Assembly (NCBI GenBank): GCA_003282445.1
Contig: QBZE01000005.1
Location: forward strand, 14,172 to 78,171
Direction: 5' to 3'
Length of the DNA stretch: 64,000 bases
From: OCS155 cluster bacterium AG-333-G23
Lineage (GTDB): Bacteria > Actinomycetota > Acidimicrobiia > Actinomarinales > Actinomarinaceae
In this document: in pieces, positions 62,409 through 64,000 of the stretch
Position numbering within the stretch: the stretch's first letter is position 1
How the letters are laid out: each line of letters begins with the position of its first letter
The notes under the pieces: generated by a model
Database searches by the model: none
What the model was told of the DNA's origin: nothing
The model's input: the letters and a program-made list of their open reading frames with translations, nothing else
Program-made: the position numbers and the translations under genes

Positions 62409-63278
62409 ATGAAACCAAAAATCTGTATAATCGGAAGTTCAAACATTGATCAATTCTCATATGTTGATGACATCCCTGGAGATGGTGAAACTGTTTTTGG
62501 TAATTCTTATGAAACAGGCTTTGGAGGAAAAGGAGCCAACCAAGCAATCATGGCTGGGCTCCTTGGTGCTGAGACAATCATGATAACTTGTCTCGGTAGT
62601 GATATCTTTGCTGAGACAACTATTGAAAACTACAAAGCTAACGGAGTAAACGTTGATTTTGTTCAAAGAGTTGATGGCTCGAGTGGTGTTGCTCCTATCT
62701 GGGTAGACTCAACTGGTCAAAATAGAATAATTGTTATCCCCGGGGCTAATAATTTAATTGATGCTGATAAAGCTATTGCATCTATAGGAGAAATTGATGA
62801 CCTCTCTGTTTTAGTTGGACAGTGCGAAATCCCAATGGAAGTAAATCAAAAAGTTTTTGAATATGCAAGGAGTCAAGATATAGCTACTATTTTCAATCCA
62901 GCACCTGCTCAAAAACTTGAGAAAACTTTTTTGCAACATGTAGATTGGTTAATCCCAAATGAAAATGAATTTGAAGTTATCAGTGGTTTAGAAATAAATG
63001 ATGAAAACTTAATTGAATTTAAAAATCAAATAACTTGTGAGCTTATTGTGACCCTAGGAGAAAAGGGTGCAGCTTTAATTAGTAATGATGCTGTTTCTTA
63101 CTTTGAGGCACCTAAAGTTGATGCAGTTGATACAACAGGAGCAGGTGATGCCTTTATTGGTGCTTTTGCATTTGGTCTTGCTTCATCAAAGAACGTGGAT
63201 GACTCCATTAAAATAGCTATTGAAAAAGCAAGCTTATCAGTTACAAAAAAAGGGACTCAGTCTTCTTATATAAATTAA
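62409..63278 (+). CDS. rbsK: Ribokinase
   Basis: I set the start at ATG 62409 (MKPKICIIGSSNIDQ...). It has GGKGANQA and DTTGAGDAFIGAF, the PfkB signatures. Confidence 0.85.
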   Translation: MKPKICIIGSSNIDQFSYVDDIPGDGETVFGNSYETGFGGKGANQAIMAGLLGAETIMITCLGSDIFAETTIENYKANGVNVDFVQRVDGSSGVAPIWVDSTGQNRIIVIPGANNLIDADKAIASIGEIDDLSVLVGQCEIPMEVNQKVFEYARSQDIATIFNPAPAQKLEKTFLQHVDWLIPNENEFEVISGLEINDENLIEFKNQITCELIVTLGEKGAALISNDAVSYFEAPKVDAVDTTGAGDAFIGAFAFGLASSKNVDDSIKIAIEKASLSVTKKGTQSSYIN

Positions 63279-63499
63279 TCTTTTTTTCTAATATCTTTTG
63301 TTCTATTTAGCCAAGAAAAAGTTACCAATATTGCTATAACAAAAATTCCTACTCCAAAATATTCATGTTCAACAATCTTAAAATCTGAATTTGAAAAAAA
63401 TACTCTATCAATTAAAGAAGAAAAAAATCTTAATATAATTCCTGTACCGACGAGTGTTATGAAAGAACCTATAAATTTATTAGGTAATTTATCTTCCAT
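63275..63499 (-). CDS. 74-aa two-TM membrane protein, paralog of 63501-63716
   Basis: GIILRFFSSLIDRVFF aligns with GILLRIFTAIIDAIF of the upstream ORF. Confidence 0.45.
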   Translation of the reverse strand: MEDKLPNKFIGSFITLVGTGIILRFFSSLIDRVFFSNSDFKIVEHEYFGVGIFVIAILVTFSWLNRTKDIRKKD

Positions 63500-63500
63500 T

Positions 63501-63716
63501 TCATTCTTCTTCTATATAACTTTTATTAAACATCCAAATAATCGTATAGATTAAAGCTAAGGAAAAAATGTAATAATTAAAATTGGGCAAGTTGCCAATT
63601 CCCAAGTTAAATATAGCATCGATTATTGCAGTAAATATTCTTAGTAGTATGCCAGACCAAATAAGTCTCCAGATATCAAACTTTTTAAAAGTTGAAATAA
63701 TATTTCCACTATCCAT
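63501..63716 (-). CDS. 71-aa two-TM membrane protein, paralog of 63275-63499
   Basis: It forms a tandem pair with a 1-nt spacer. The two share a helix-1 motif and the overall architecture. Confidence 0.45.
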   Translation of the reverse strand: MDSGNIISTFKKFDIWRLIWSGILLRIFTAIIDAIFNLGIGNLPNFNYYIFSLALIYTIIWMFNKSYIEEE

Positions 63717-63746
63717 GAATTAAATTTTACACTATTTTATGTATTA

Positions 63747-64000
63747 TTAACTCTCAATTTTTAAACTTGATTCTAAGATAATTTTTGTAGCATCGCTTAC
63801 AGATTTAAGATAATCATCTTTTGATAGAGCTTCTTTTCTATTTTGATCTCCATAAACTACTAAAAGTGCTCCCGTTCTAATTCTTCTATAGCTACCAACA
63901 ACAAACAAAGTTGAGACTTCCATTTCTGAACAAAGCACTCCTCCTTTTACCCAAGCTTCCCATTTCTCATTTAATTCATGGGAGACTGGCATAGAGTCAG
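63747..64000 (-). CDS. Nucleoside phosphorylase (Udp/DeoD PNP_UDP_1 family), C-terminal part; the gene continues right of the window
   Basis: ...WEAWVKGGVLCSEMEVSTLFVVGSYRRIRTGALLVV parallels the Udp block W...GV.NYEMESATL...RAG. The frame stays open to the window edge. Confidence 0.7.
   Translation of the reverse strand, partial: DSMPVSHELNEKWEAWVKGGVLCSEMEVSTLFVVGSYRRIRTGALLVVYGDQNRKEALSKDDYLKSVSDATKIILESSLKIES

Noticed and set aside
1-64000. CRISPR arrays, rRNA genes, toxin-antitoxin pairs, restriction-modification or other recognisable defence systems.
   Set aside because: No regularly spaced direct repeats were seen, no spacer is longer than about 185 nt, and no ORF has nuclease, methylase or Cas-like motifs. 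The gene density leaves no unassigned segment large enough.

Overview
This 64-kb window is very AT-rich and extremely gene-dense. Many neighbouring genes overlap by 1-40 nt. I saw no transposase, integrase, prophage or CRISPR array. All family calls come from reading motifs in the translated ORFs; no search tool was run.

The likely host is a streamlined low-GC actinobacterium, plausibly a marine Actinomarinales-like lineage. This is inference only. It rests on a WhiB-family protein, type II glutamine synthetase beside a GlnR-like orphan regulator, the rpsF-ssb-rpsR-rplI-dnaB block and an adjacent tRNA-Asp/tRNA-Phe pair.

Layout:
- (i) 1-17.2 kb: a cell-surface glycan island that is visibly more AT-rich than the core genes. 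It holds GDP-heptose genes (HddC-like fragment, GmhA, HddA-like), a dTDP-deoxy/amino-sugar cassette (RmlA, RmlB, a single-domain 2,3-dehydratase, a Gfo/Idh/MocA reductase, a DegT aminotransferase), a GDP-mannose 3,5-epimerase-like gene, several GT2 genes, an exostosin-like glycosyltransferase, an FkbM methyltransferase and a Wzy-like membrane protein.
- (ii) 17.2-22.3 kb: a PhrB/CryB-type photolyase, a flavin reductase, a eukaryote-type cytochrome-b5-reductase-like flavoprotein, and a run of tiny membrane-protein genes. Three of these are below the ORF-track cut-off.
- (iii) 22.4-29.9 kb: four tRNAs (Phe, Asp, Lys, Arg-UCG) interleaved with a second glycan block (priming sugar transferase, Wzy/O-antigen-ligase-like protein, GT4, TagA/WecG).
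- (iv) 29.9-42.7 kb: core genes, namely argS, glnII with a GlnR-like regulator, the Fe-S genes iscA and apbC fused into an operon with selA-selB, whiB, NfeD and a CNNM transporter.
- (v) 42.7-55 kb: a PTS region with ptsH, mtlD, mannitol EIIA/B/C as separate genes, and ptsI. It also contains an unusual glucitol-type PTS operon that lacks srlD. In its place are a SAF-domain dehydrogenase, TPP-dependent E1 alpha/beta and an orphan lipoyl-domain protein.
- (vi) 55-64 kb: dnaB-rplI-rpsR-ssb-rpsF, panB, msrA and a nucleoside-salvage cluster.

Best candidates for something undescribed:
- the rewired gut-like operon at 46.8-52.5 kb;
- the antibiotic-style deoxysugar cassette with a half-size 2,3-dehydratase;
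- the b5-reductase plus micro-membrane-protein array;
- a conserved ~30-bp tandem TGTCCCC element that occurs twice;
- selA-selB with no visible selenoprotein gene, selC or selD in the window.
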